From the NCBI RefSeq assembly GCF_036365525.1, contig NC_090401.1:61266868-61330867 (forward strand): DNA of 64,000 bases, read 5' to 3'. The position numbers were made by a program, and so were the translations under genes. Positions 49,947 through 63,619 of the stretch are shown here, piece by piece. The stretch comes from Heterodontus francisci (Eukaryota). Under the pieces are notes generated by a model, which was not told the DNA's origin, did no database searches, and was given only the letters and a program-made list of their open reading frames with translations. Positions within the stretch are counted from its first letter, which is position 1. Each line of letters opens with the position of its first letter.

Positions 49947-52900
49947 CATTGAGAGAAAAACACTTTTCTCACCTCTGTCTTAAATGGGCCACCCCTTATT
50001 TTTAAACAGTCACCCCTAGTTCTAGATTCTCCCACAAGGGGAAACATCCTTTCCACATCCACCCAGTCAAGACCCCTCAGAACCTTATATGTTTCAATCA
50101 AGTCGCCTCTTACTCTTCTAAACTCCAGCGGATACAAGCCTAGCTTGTCCAACTCTTCCTCATAAGACAACCCACCCATTCCAGATATTAGTCTAGGAAA
50201 CCTTCTCTGAACTGCTTCCAACGCATTTACATCCTTCCTTAAATAAGGAGACTGTTAAGACCAGGTGAGGAAGGGGTCTCAGGCTCCCCTCTGGCCACTT
50301 TCCTGGTTTAGCCATAACAGGGTTTAACTTTTAAAAACAGTGTTTTTAGCTTCACCTCAGTGAGTCCTTGCTCACTGCTTTCGAATTGTAATTGTAAATG
50401 AACCAATCAAACAGGCTTTCTTAAGTTTAAACAAGAAAGAATGTACGTTTATTAGCCTTAACATTCTAACTCAGTTAAAATTTCTAGAAATATGCGATGC
50501 AACCCCGCTAGCATGCATACGAGATATGTCTCTTTGGCCTCCTTATCTCGAGAGACAATGGGTAAGCGCCTGGATGTGGTCAGTGGTGTGTGGAGCAGCG
50601 CCTGGAGTGGCTATAAAGGCCAATTCTAGAGTGACAGGCTCTTACACAGGTGCTGCAGAAAAATTTGTTTGTCGGGGCTGTTACACAGTTGGCTCTCCCC
50701 TTGCGCTTCTGTCATTTTTCCTGCCAACTGCTAAGTCTCTTCGACTCGCACACAAATAGATGTAGAGGAGGAGAAAGAATTCAACGGGAAGGGTTTGGAG
50801 TAGTAGATGGAATTCAGTTACTGTTTTTAGTTTTGCTGTAAAGTCTTTGGTTGGAATTGCGGTATTGTAGTTCTCATTGGGGCCCAATGCACACTTTCAA
50901 ACTTACTTCTCTGGTACCAGAAGGATGAAGAGGTCCTCTGACTTAAGGCTTAAGTTGCTTCCGTGGGTCCCTGTGATTTTGCTTGACAGAGAGAGAGACA
51001 GGGAGATAGCTTCCTTCTCTTTTGTCTTCAAATTGCAGTCTGCCCTTTCTAGGTGGCGCAATTCAAAAAGTCCCCAGGTTGGCCAGCAGGGTAGTCATGT
51101 GACCAGCTCTTTGTTTGAAACAGCATCGTCTGCGAGGATCATTGATTTCAAAAGTTCTCCAGTCACACTCAGTGGGGGGTGGAAGTTTGACTCTTACAAA
51201 GTTAGTGGCTCTCAATGTCTTTTGATCACCAAATGATGACAAAACCCATCTCGCGAATTGAATCAGTGAGTACTCCCATTGTCTCTCTATGCAACTGCCT
51301 CTTGGAATGCAAATGTGCAGCCATGTTTTAGGTGTTCAGCTCTGTGGTCCTTTTAAACAAGTTATGTTCAATGTCCAGTAAAAATTTCAAGTAGTGTTCC
51401 ATATGACAAAATTAATATGTTTCTATTTGGCAGGTGTGATTTCCGTCACAAGACCAATACTGTACACAGTACTTCAGATGTGGTCTCACCAATGTCCTGT
51501 ATAACTGAAGCATAAACTCCCTACTTTTGTATTCAATTCCCCTCACAATAAACGATAACATTCTATTAGCATTCCTAATTACGTGTTGTAACTGCATACT
51601 AACCTTTTGCGATTCATGCACCAGGACATCCAGATCCCTCTGCATCTCAGAGCTCTGCAATCACTCAACATTTAGATAATATGCTTCTTTATTATACTTC
51701 CTGTCAAAATGGACAATTTCACATTTTCCCACATTATACTCCATTTGCCAGATCTTTGCCCACTCACTTAACCTATCTATATCTCTTTGTAGCCTCCTTA
51801 TGACCTCTTTACAACTTATTTTCCTACCTATCTTTGTGCCATCAACAAATTTAGCAACCATACCTTTGATCCTTTCATCCAAGTCATTTATATAAATTGT
51901 ACAAAATTGAGGCCCCAGCACAGATCCCTATAGCACATTACTCGTTACATCTTTCCAACTAGAAAATGACCCATTTATGCCTACTCTCTGTTTCCTGTTA
52001 GCTAACCAACTTCTAACCATGCCAATATGTTACCCCCTACACCAAGAGCTTTTATTTTCTGCAATAACCTTTGATGTGGCACCTTATTAAATGCCTTCTG
52101 GAAATCTAAGTACAGTGCGTCCACTGGTTTTCCCTTTACCCACAGTACATGTTACTTCTTCAAAGACCTCCAATTAATTGGTTAAACATGATTTCCCTTT
52201 CACAAAACCATGTTGGCTCTGCCTGATTACCTTAAATGTTTCTAAGTGCCCTGCTATACTGTCTTTAATAATAGCTTCTAACATTTTCCCTATGATAGAT
52301 GTAAAGCTAACTGGCCTATAGTTTCCTGCTTTCTGTCTCCCTCCCTTTTTGAATAAAGGAGTTACATTCACTATTTTCCAATCTACTGGAACCTTTCCCG
52401 AATCTAGGGAATTTTAGAAAATTAAAACTAACGCATCAACGATCTCACTAGCCACTTCTTTTAAGACCCTAGGATGAAGTCCATCAGAACCCAGGGACTT
52501 GTCAGCCCGCAGCTCCAACAATTTGTTCAGTACCACTTCCCTGGTGATTGTTATTTTCTTGAGTTCCTCCCTTCCTTCCATTTCTTGATTTACAGCTATT
52601 CTTGGGATGTTACTTATATACTCTATTGTGAAGACTGATGCAATATACCTGTTCAATTCATGTGCCATCTCCTTATTTTCCATTATTAATTCCCCAGACT
52701 CACTTTCTATAGGACCAATGCTCAATTTGTTAACTCTTTTCTTTTTTAAATATCTATAGAAACTCCCACAATCTTTTTATATTGCTCGCTCGCTTTCTCT
52801 TGTACTCCAATTTTTCCCTCCTTATTAATCTTTTAGTCATTCTTTGCTGCTTTTTATATTCTGTCTGAACTTCTGACCTGCTGCCCATCTTTGCGCAATG

Positions 52901-53445
52901 ATATGCTTTTTCTTTAATTCTGATAACAGCTTTAACTTTTTTGGTTAACCACAGATGGTGGGTCCTCCCCTTGGAATTTTTCTTTCGCATTGGAATGTAT
53001 CTATTCTGTGTATTCTGAAATATCCCCTTAAATGTCTGCCACTGCATCTCTATTGATCTATCCCTTAACGTACTTTGCCAGTTCACTTTTGCTAGCTCTG
53101 CTTTCATGCCCTCATAACTGCCCTTATTTAAATTTAAAATACTAGTCTTAGATCCACTCTTCTTTCGCCCAAACTGAAAGTAAAATCCAATCATATTATA
53201 ATCGCTGCTGCCTTGGGGCACCTTCACTATGAGATAATTAATTACTCCTGTCTCGTCGCACAATACCAGGTCTAGTATAGCCTGCTCTCTGGTTGGCTCC
53301 AGAATCTGGTGTTCTAAGAAACTATCCCGAAAACATTCTATGAACTCCTCATCTAGGCTACGTTTGCCCATTTGATTTTTCCAGTCTATATGTAGATTAA
53401 AATCCCCTGTGATTATCGCCGTACATTTCTGACAAGCTCCCATTA
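49947..53445 (-). mobile_element. CR1 LINE ORF2 (APE to RT), interrupted by a solo LTR
   Basis: ORFs 52754-53467 (GDFNLHIDW), 52414-52725, 52174-52371, 51661-51921 and 49946-50221. Same subfamily as 7907-9668. Confidence 0.92.
50253..51450 (-). mobile_element. Solo LTR (Gypsy-like) containing an RTE 3' end at 50528-50748
   Basis: TGT...ACA termini. Exact 4-bp TSD AGAC at 50249-50252 and 51451-51454. The CR1 rejoins across it. Confidence 0.85.
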
Positions 53446-54715
53446 TGTCATGCAGTGCAAAGTGCAAGAAACAACTTTCTGCACTTTGCTGATGGGCAGT
53501 TGTGAAGGCATGAGTTTGAATAGGTAATAACTATAATCATGTCATCTCCTAAAGTGAATAAAGTTTTCTATGATTTAAAAAAAAATCAAGTGATGCCAGG
53601 ATCATCACATAATAAAAGTGAACTGGATACTAATGAATGAAATTAGAAATTTTAGTTCTGAATGATGTTGAATGATGATAGAAAGCAAAATAGCATGAGT
53701 AATGCAATTGAAGGAGCGAAAACTAGAATTGGGACAATTTTATGAAAACAAGGAGAAACAGTGGAAATTGACAACACAATAATAGCTGCTTTGTTCAGAG
53801 TTAAAAATAGAACATGCTTTAACATATCCTACGTTTGTGGATATCTTATTCTATCATCACAAATTTCATTCATATATTGATGGCTTTGAAAATGATTTTT
53901 CAAAATAATCTATCACTCTCTTAAGAGACATTATAAATAAGCATACAATCCATCCTTTTCAACGGATTTTGACCTTAAAAATGTTTAAAACCAATGTGAA
54001 AACTAAAATAATAAATAGACTGTAGTGTGTTTCCAGTAGACCAGGCAGCATCTGGACCAGAAACGGAGTCAGGTTCCACCCATCTATTTTTTAAAGCCTG
54101 AAAGAAAGGCTTTTCAGCAAGATGCTCAGAAATATGCTAGAATGTAATCCCAAACATTGGAGGTCTGATTTTTAAAAGTCCATTTCTTTCCCACTTTGAT
54201 TTCTTATGATGTGGATTCATTAAATATTATGGGGTGTCGATAAAATATGCACAAATCCATTGACTGAATGTCCCCTTGCTGAGTTTGGAACAGCAGTAGA
54301 GGCTGACACACACTCAGAGGCCTGAACTTGTATTGAAACTTGGTCAGGTCACACTGGCAGTACTGCGTACAATTCTGGTTGCCAAATTATTAAAAAAAGA
54401 GGCACTGGAGAGGCTGCAAAAAAGTTTCACAAGGTTAATACCAGAAATGCAGGGTATACTTATCAGGAGAGAATGAACATGCTGGGTCTTTTTTCTCTTG
54501 AAAAGAGAAGGGGGAAGGCTGACCGAAAAGAGGTTTTAAAATTATGAAATGTTTTGATGGAGTAGAATATTTCCACTTGTGGGGAACAGCAAATCCAGAG
54601 ACTATCAATATAAGATAGTCATCAAGAAATCAAACAGGGAATTCAGAAGAAACTTCTTTACCCAAAGAGTGGTGAGAATGTGGAATTAACTAGTAGTGAC
54701 CGGGTGAGGTGAATA

Positions 54716-55135
54716 GAAAGACTTGCATTTATATAGCCTCTTTCATGACCATTGGAGGTCTCAATGCTTTTTACAAGTAAGTACTTTTTTGGAAAGTAGT
54801 CACTGTTGTAATGTAGGAAACGCAGCAACCAATTCATGCATAGTAACTCCCGCAAACAAGCGTGTGACAATGACCAGATAATCAGTTTTTGTGATGCTGA
54901 TTGAGGGCAAAATATTGGCCAGGACATCAGGGGGAACTCCCCTGCTCTTCTTCAAAATAGTGCCATGGGATTCTTTGCATCCACCGGAGAGGGCAGACAG
55001 CCTCAGTTTAACATCTCCCACAAAAGAAGGCAACTTTGAGAGTGCAGCACTGTCTCAGGGAGAGTGCATGGAGTGTCAGCATGATTTTTGTGAACCCACA
55101 ACCTTTTGACACAAAGGCGAGAGGCTACCCACTGA
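54716..55135 (-). mobile_element. Deu-domain SINE
   Basis: Core aatagtgccatgggat...ccacc-gagagggcaga...gtttaacatctc shared with 62283-62697. Confidence 0.75.
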
Positions 55136-55554
55136 AGCACAATACAAGAGAGCCACCAAGAATTCCAACAGGGAATTCAGAAGAACCCTTTCTTATTTAG
55201 AAAGTGGTGAGAATGTGAAACTTGCTATCACAGGGAATGGTTGAGGTGAATAGTATAGATGCATTTAGGGGGGAACTAGATAAACACATGAGGGAATAGA
55301 ACAATATGCTGAAAGAGTGAAATGAGGAAGGTTGGGAGGAGGCTGGAAAGGAGCATAAATGCAAGCATGGACTGGTTTGAGTCTAATGACTGTCTGTAAT
55401 AAAAACAGAAAATGCCAGGCAGCATCTGTGGAAGGGGAAACAAAGTTTAACAGTTCAGGTCGACAACTTTTCATTGGAACTGGGAAAGTTAGAGATGTGA
55501 GTGGAAAGGCGGCCAGTTGTTGAGCTTTGAATCCTGTGTCATCTCCAGGGCTCC

Positions 55555-56090
55555 GACACTCACCAAATGGCGGCCGCGCCGTCCCGCCGCCTGCACCAAG
55601 ATGGCGGCGCGAAGGTGCGCTGCTATTGGTTAGTGCGCGATTGTGACGCGGTTTCTAGTGGGTTCTATGGGCGGGGCCGAGGACCGCGCATGCGCAGTCG
55701 CTGCTTGGCGCCGTTGCCCGCCTCTTTCTCTCGGTGTCGCCGCCGCCATGTCTCGGTACGCTCGCCCACCGAATAGCTCTCTCTTCGTCAGGAATGTCGG
55801 GGATTGCACCAGGTGAGGAGAATGCGCCAGGCGGCCGGAGAGCAGCCCCCTGGGGAGGGAGTCGGTATTCGTTTTTTATTCGGGTCGCGGTTCGGGCTTT
55901 CCCCAGCTTCCGAGTGTGGGCCGCGTTGCGGGCCCCGGCCTTGCCGGGACGGTACCTCAGACAGTGGCAGCGAGGACCGCAGCCACTTCACCCCGGGCCC
56001 TCGCTTTTTCATTTGTGACCTTTGTAAATGTACTAAAATTCCTGCAGCTCGGGAATCGGGGGAAACTCCCCAGTTGCTGCTGTTCGAGGA
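55555..56090 (+). promoter_or_regulatory. CpG-island housekeeping promoter of SRSF10
   Basis: Dense CpG. YY1 motifs AAATGGCGG (55565-55573) and AAGATGGCGGCG (55598-55609), inverted CCAAT (55625-55629), GC box (55669-55676), NRF1 GCGCATGCGC (55686-55695). No TATA. Confidence 0.85.
55748..55812 (+). CDS. SRSF10: Serine/arginine-rich splicing factor 10, exon 1 (MSRYARPPNSSLFVRNVGDCTR)
   Basis: GCCGCCATG Kozak context, 65-bp exon, AG|GTGAGG donor. Matches the SRSF10/12 N-terminus with RNP2 LFVRNV. SRSF10 preferred over SRSF12 from the V residues (LFVRN, DVYVP) and recalled synteny with FABP10. Confidence 0.88.
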
Positions 56091-57397
56091 TCGTTCCTGC
56101 TTTAAAAAGGAAACTAGGTCAAGGAAGATGAAGATTTTGTTAATTAGACGCTAGGGGATAATAGATTATGACCGCGCTTTTTTGAAAGCTACAGATTTAT
56201 TTTGTTACGGATTGCAAGGAATGGGACGTAGGATTAAAATAAATTGTAGACACTTAAATATATAATAAATACTTGCAAACAACAATATGTGTTGATATAT
56301 TAACTTTAATGTAATAATATGCCCGAAGACGCTTCATAGGAACGTTGTGGTGCGAAATTAGATTCCGAGCCGTATAAAGTGATGTGAGGGCAGATGGCCA
56401 AAAGCTTGGTCAAAGTGGTAGGTTTTAAGGAGCGTTTTGAAGATGTTAAGAGGTGGAGTGGTTTAGGAGGGAATTCAGAAAGGGTCTAGGTAGCTGAAAG
56501 CATGGCCATCAATGGTGGAGCAAAGGACATTGTAGATGGGCAAGAAGCCAGAATTAGAGGAGAGCAGAGATGTGAGGGTTGTGGGACTGGGGGAGATTAC
56601 AGATGGGGAATGACCATGGAGGAATTTGGAAAAAAAAGGATGCGAATTTTAAAATTGAGGTTTTGCTTAACCTGGAGCAAGTGTAGGTCAGCAAGCACAA
56701 GGGTTACGGGTGAACAGGACTTGTTGCGAGTAAGGACACGGCAGCAGAGTTTTGGATGAACTCAAGTTTGTGGAGTGTAGAATGTGGGAGACCAGCCAGG
56801 AGTGCATTGGATTAGTCAAGTTTGGAAGTGGCAAAGGGTAGAATGCAAAATAAATTTTGATGGTGTATTGAAAAGTGTTTGGATGTTAGTTGATAAAGTA
56901 CCTGAGGAGTTTTATATGTAGTATAATGCATTTCAAGTTAGTCTTTGAATTTAATCTTTTGTGAGGTCTACTTAGGATGGATATTTACCTAATGAAATAT
57001 TTGATTTGGTATTGAGTCACATTCTTGGCATATGCATCAAGAATCTATGCAAAAATTCCCAAGCTAGCAGGTTATAGAAAATTAAATTGATATAATTTAA
57101 TTGTGATGCAACATCAGTTTCAAAAATCTTGTGATGTTTTGCAAAATTCATACTTTTGAAAACAAACTTTTAAAGTCACAGTTGCAAGTGGAGTGAGTTT
57201 GAGTCAGATTAAGAGTAATCATTGATTTTTATTAAAAATTTGCTGCAGTGAAGATTGGTAAATTTGAACAAGGTATCATCAGCCTTTGGGAGGAGGGGCC
57301 AAATACATTTTTTAAATTGTTGGAATTCTTTCTAAAACTTACTAAATATCTTGTTGGGATGTATATTAGATACGGATCCAGTGATCAAAAAAGAAAT

Positions 57398-57619
57398 AAA
57401 AACGGATACTGCTGGAAATACTCAACAGGTCTGGCTGCATCTGTGGAGAGAGAAACAGAGTTAAGGTTTCAAGTCGATAGCCTTTCATCAGAACTGGCTA
57501 TCATCGACTTGAAACCTTAACTCTGTTTCTCTCTCCACAGATGCAGCCAGACCTGTTAAGTGTTTCCAGTACTTTCTGTTATTTCAGATTTCTGGCATCT
57601 GCAGTATTTTGCTTTTAAG
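57398..57619. mobile_element. Palindromic Penelope-like element in SRSF10 intron 1, with a hammerhead-like core
   Basis: Inverted arms centred near 57490. TSD TCAAAAAAGAAAT (57385-57397) and TCAAAAAAAAAGAAAT (57620-57635). Confidence 0.75.
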
Positions 57620-59876
57620 TCAAAAAAAAAGAAATTGTTTGGGTTTTAGTAATGTCGATACTTAAGTGAAATACAATGAATTAGCTTCAGTTAATTGTCC
57701 CAAAAGAAAAGCACATCACTACTGAGTTAGAAGTGAGAGCCTGTAAAGTTTTCCATAGAGCAGAACTTAAATTATTAAACTACCTTGCACCTGAGACCAT
57801 GTGGCTCTGAATTATCCATGTAACAGAACATTTTTAAAATGTGAAAGAACATACATTTGGCCTGTTACTGTATCCAAATGCAACAATTTAGTACTGTATA
57901 TTGTAAAAGCTTATAAGTTGGAAAAAACATTCTTGAGATATAATTACCAGGACTCTAAGTTAAATAATTACCAATAACAGATTGTATTGTTTTTACATCA
58001 ATTTGTAGCTATGTTCTATGGATTCTCGCTCATAAATTAAAATTCTCCAATCCAGTACCACTACTTGAACTATTTAACTGCACAAATAAAAATCCAAATT
58101 GGCTAGGCTTTTCCTGTGTGCCTTGTGCTCTAAATAGTTTGGTTTTGTCCAATTAATGCTTTTAATACATCAATTTTTCTGATTGAAGGGTTATATTTGC
58201 TTGATTTTAACTATGGATTAAGCCTGACCTGTTAAGTATAGTTAATTCAGGTGTTGTCTGCCTGCCCTTTCCTGAGGGTGGCTTATTCAGATTGGAGTAC
58301 AGTAACATGGTCAGTAGTGGCCTATTTAATTTTATGGGGACATCACAGTTGAGCTAGCCCTGTATTTAGCTGATATTTGCACGTACATATTCTCTAGGGT
58401 GTCTATGGCTGGTGATTGGAGTGAAACCCTAGTCTGGAGCATGCCATTTGCGTGCCTGCTGTTGCCCAGCTGATGTTTGCTATCTCAATACAGATGAAAA
58501 ATTGAACCTAGCCCTTTTTTTTGTGTGCAGTACTGCACTGTGGTATATTTTCCCACTGAGTCATTCTGGGAGCCCTTTCACATTTGATTTAACTTGGAAA
58601 CAGAGCACATTTAAATACTGAATAATGCTATTAATATTGCAATAAACATTTTCAGCCAGTAGTGACTACATATATAGTATGTTGCACTTAAAAATGTAGA
58701 AATGCTTTGAAAAGATTTGTATTACTGCATTGAGTGAAATCATTTGGTATGTTCAGAGCACAAAATATATATTTAATAATCATTCTCACTTGTTAGTTGG
58801 GGTATTTATAATATGCATTATATCCCATCTCCAAAGAAACTGGATATTGAGCGAGGAGCACTGCGCAGCCTTGCAGATAAATGCTGACTAGAACCCAGTT
58901 GTTGTATAATGATGACATCTTACTGCTGGGCTTTAGTACCACAAATGGGATATAAGTTTTTAAAATGTCAATCTTTTAACAAAACATGTAATTTTTCCAC
59001 CTGGAAAATAGGAATAAGTAGATGGTAAGCTCATTTATTCACGTCGATTATACAGTATCATTGCTTCTAATAAATTGAACTAAATTAGAAAAAAGGCTAC
59101 AACGTAATTGAAATTTCTGTGAAATTATCATTTTAAATGTTTTTTGTAAAAAGATGCAGCAATCAATGATTCAAACACATTTGGGAGCATTTGATTTGAA
59201 TTAGGTTGAGCTGGTGCTAAAAGCTCCTTGAGATAAATCAAAAATGGAAAATTGGTCAAGACAAGGATGGGGACAGGTTGAAGAGGCCAGGACAATGAAT
59301 GGCCAGGGAAATAATATATACACACTTAAAATTAATTCGGGTTATAGCAATTTGATCTAATTTAGTTCAATATTTTAAAAATCAGGTGCAAACATCAATG
59401 ATATAAGATAATAAACTGTGGACAGGCTGGCAATTCAAGGAGAGGCAACAGGAACTGGGTGGCTAGAAAGAGTCAACTGTGCAACCTTGACTATTGATAA
59501 TGTACTGGAGAGAAGATGCAAGAAAATTATGTAGATTAAATTGGATGCATCTTCACATTTGGTTCAAAGAGGCACATGGAGACAAATCTTTTGATGACAA
59601 AATTGTAGTGGTTGATAAATCAATATTGAGATGAAAATCAATTAAAATTTATTTGGAATAACAAAATAATTGGGGAGAATTCGTAAGACTTGAAGAACCC
59701 TAAATCTTTATTAAAATTGAGGCGGTAGTGAGTAATCCCACTTTTTAAAATGGGATGTGTCTAGCCATTTTGCTCATCTGAATACCAGCAACTTGACTGA
59801 TCTTATTCCTGGCATCCTGTAGACAGTTTACAAGTTGATTTGATGTTCCAAAGCGCAATCTTTTAGATGGTAATAG

Positions 59877-60134
<258 letters not shown>

Positions 60135-60607
60135 TAAAGGTCTTTTCACCATATGATGCATTTGAATGTCAAATTCATTCTGGTTCAGTATAGCTTTGTT
60201 TGTTTGGAAATTGGTTGGGGCAGGGTTTATATTTAAGATATAATGCTCAGGGTTTGTACACGTTGCTATATACAGTCCCCACCGCTCATAGCAGTTGTGC
60301 TTGTACAAATGTAGTTTGCCCTCTATATGCGATGGCTGGTATAAAAGGGTAACACTGTACATTGGTTATAAAAATCCTCTATTTTCATTTGCTGAGGGAC
60401 AATCTTAACTAAACTCGTTCATCACAGAATAATAGATTTTAAAAATTCGAGTTTTTTTGCTGGTGATAATCTAGTTGGTCAGTTTCATAGAAACATTAAT
60501 ATTGCGGCGTAGGAACACCTATCGACTCTAATTCGATGTCCCGCTTGTATATAATGGGTGAGTGGTTTAAACCAAGATTGCTCCCAGTCTGATAACCCTT
60601 TTTGCCC

Positions 60608-60866
60608 TACAGGCCTGCTCGGGTATAAAATTAAAACGCAACCCGACCGCAGCCCGAGTACTTTAATTTTTTTTCATGCCCGACCCAAACCGAATATCGC
60701 AATGAATTTAATATTAAACGTTATTGAAACAGGAAAAAATCGCATCAAAACATAGATTAAAAAGAAAACAAATATGCCCGACCCGAGCCCGAATGCTGGA
60801 CACAGAATATAGACCTGACCCCACCGAACACATGTAGTCGGGTTAGGGTCGAGTACCCAGGCTTTA
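60608..60866. mobile_element. hAT-like MITE in the SRSF10 minor intron
   Basis: TA...TA ends with imperfect TIRs (tacaggcctg / caggcttta), repeated ACCCG subterminal motifs, degenerate 8-bp TSD TTTTGCCC/ATCTGCCC. Confidence 0.55.
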
Positions 60867-62282
60867 ATCTGCCCTCATCACATCTGTGTCTTGACCAATG
60901 ATTGCACAGATCAGAAAGAGTCAGATCAGGTTGTTTCCTGAACCTAAATTGCTCTGTCTAGAGAAATTGACTGTTGACTACCATGGCAATTAGGAGACCA
61001 GTTAAATTTCAATTCTGTAAGTGATAGAGCCCATTTAATTTAATTTGATTTGAGTTTTATTAAAATAATGTTCCATGTAGTCTGTTTACCAAAGAATTTA
61101 ATAAGTTATTAGAGACCCATAATACAGCTGTTTCTGCCCAAAAAATGAAACACATGAAATGCTGTAACCGACAACTTTGAAATTGAAGTTAGTGCAAATA
61201 AATATAGTTTTTTGGACAGTATAAGCCACTACCTGTTTTAAATGTGGACATTTTAAGTGGTGGGGACTGTACAGTAGTCTTGCATGTGTGAAAAATTGTA
61301 CTTGAATTAAAAGCACTGAATCTTGCTATTATAGTGACTGTTACTAAATTTCTGGTAAACTTGGAAGTTTTCTGAGAATAACAGATTATACTTCATGCTA
61401 AAATATGAAGTAATTCCAGTATTGAAATAAAGGGCAATGACGCAGTATTAGAGTTAATACTCAGAAGGACTATTAACAAGTGAATACTGGCAAAATAATT
61501 ACTTGGCTGGGTCACACACTTGTAGCAACATATACCAGCTGCTTAGAAATTAGAGATTAGGTGCTGTACCACAGCAACAGGGTTGATTTTTCCATATCCC
61601 ACTTTCCAGAGACTGGTTAGTCTGAAACTTAATTACAAATAGAGTAAGTTTACACGCAATAGTTTGATACTCCAATGTCATTGAATCTAATTATAATGTA
61701 GAAGGGAAACATGTGAGGCTGCAGTATGTACACCAGTATGTTATATCCTACCATTCCAATGTCTTTTTTGCAACTTTAAACTGGCATATTTAAATAGTTT
61801 GGTGCTAATGGTTGTTGAGTGTGCATATGTAAGAACATACAGATGAGTAGTTTCTTTAAAAAAGTAACTTTTTATAAAGATAAGTAAAATATCCTGCTTA
61901 GCTCACACCATCACTTCTGACCTAGTTTTTAAAAGTGCTCTAATGCAGAAACAAGAGGCCATGTGATAAGTGGCGACCATACAAGTTCTAAATGTTTTGG
62001 CTGCTTGGTCAAAATCTCAAAATAAGTTGTGGCTTTGTGCCCTTAACAAAATAAGTCAATTTAATGGTCTGAATCTCAGCATTGTTTAAATTTCATCTGT
62101 TCATATAAAATTCATGGTATTGTAGCAGTGAGATGCATACTAAATGCTTATAATATCATGCATTAAATGTGCAGGAGTGCTGCATTTGATTACCTTGCAG
62201 CTTATAAGCAGCATCAGGACCCTGTAATACCTGGAATTTACACATTTAGTCAGCATGAAAGTTAATCCTGTGCTATTAGCAA

Positions 62283-62697
62283 AGGAAGATTTGCATATAT
62301 AGTGCCTTTCACACCCACTGAATGTCCCAAAGCACTTTACAGTCAGTGAAGTACTTTTGAAGTGTAGTCACTGTTATAATGTAGGAAATGTGGCAGCTAA
62401 TTTGCACACAGCAACTCTTGCAAACAAAAATGTGATAAATGTCTAAATTTGTTTTTGCGGTGTTGATGGGGGATAAATATTGGCCAGGGCACTGGGGATA
62501 CTCCCCTGCTCCTCTTCAAAATAGTGCCATGGGATCTTTTACATCCACCTGAGAGGGCAGATGAAGTCTCAGTTTAACATCTCATTTGAAAGATGGCACC
62601 TCTGACGGTGTAGCAGTTCCACAATACTGCACTGAAGAGTCAGAGTGGGCCTTGACCCACAATCTTCTGACTCAGAGGAAGGTGCTACCACAGCTGA
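62283..62697 (-). mobile_element. Deu-domain SINE
   Basis: Core gggatcttttacatccacctgagagggcaga...gaaagatggcacctctgac...tactgcactg. Confidence 0.8.
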
Positions 62698-63619
62698 CAA
62701 AAGAAAAAGTTATTTGGATTCCCTCACACAAATGTGCTGAGATAGTACGGATCCAAATGCATGAACCTCATGCATCTGACAAATGACACCAATGTAAGCT
62801 TTCCCAATTCCCTCTGGTCAACTCTTGGGAAGACCCAGTGAAAAACATGCTGCTGTGCTTAGCAAATGCAACCAGTATATTCATTTTCTTGCTGGTTCGA
62901 TTTGGATTGTAGGGTATTGGTTCCTTGTATTCATACAACTAAATACCTGTTCCTATTCTCAGTAGCAGATTTGTAGACCCAAGCTTTTGTGGGTTTGATG
63001 AGTCAGTTGCCAGGGAAAGGGAGCTAGATTTTGTAGCGTAAATAATCTGAATTAAAAAGTTTTACTTTTCTGGCTGTGCAAGAAAGCTGGGCTTCAACAA
63101 TATAGTCTGTACATTCTAATGCATTAAGAATGCTGCAGTCTCATGGGTCTGACAGTATTAACCCTGAAGATGGCACTGTTTGAATATTACATCGCTAAAT
63201 TGATTTAGTAGGATTGGATCTAGTGTTCTGTCGCAGCTAGCATGTATACACATCGGAAACATCCATCAGCCTCCTGAGGGAAAATTGCACATCTATTACG
63301 GAACAAGTATATAGGCTGGTTATATTGTAAGTGTTTAATTGATTTGACGTAAATGTGTCAATCAGTACAAAATCTGCAGTATATCAGTGAATTTAACCGA
63401 ACTAGCTTTAATAGATACTTTGAGGAGTTCGTCAGACAGTTGGCCACTGCTTGGCTGATAATGTGCATGCACACATTCTCCTAACATTTAGAAATTAAAA
63501 TTTTTAGAATGGGAAGAATCACTGCTGTCTGGACATTTAAATTGAGGTCAAGGTCCAGTGAATGCCTGAACACTTATGATCCAGGTTTGCAGCTCCGTGA
63601 ATTAACCCAACAACAAAGG

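Noticed and set aside
55567-56154. Several ORFs across the CpG island
   Set aside because: By-products of high GC. The true coding exon is 55748-55812.
62041-62056. CCTTAAC U12-like branch point
   Set aside because: Not followed by an AC acceptor or SRSF10 coding sequence.
63411-63460. AC followed by TTTGAGGAGTTCGT, resembling the start of the next SRSF10 exon (FEDVR)
   Set aside because: Frame does not give FEDVRDAEDAL, there is no good TCCTTAAC branch point, and a stop follows soon. Chance match or decayed copy; the real exon is probably beyond the window.
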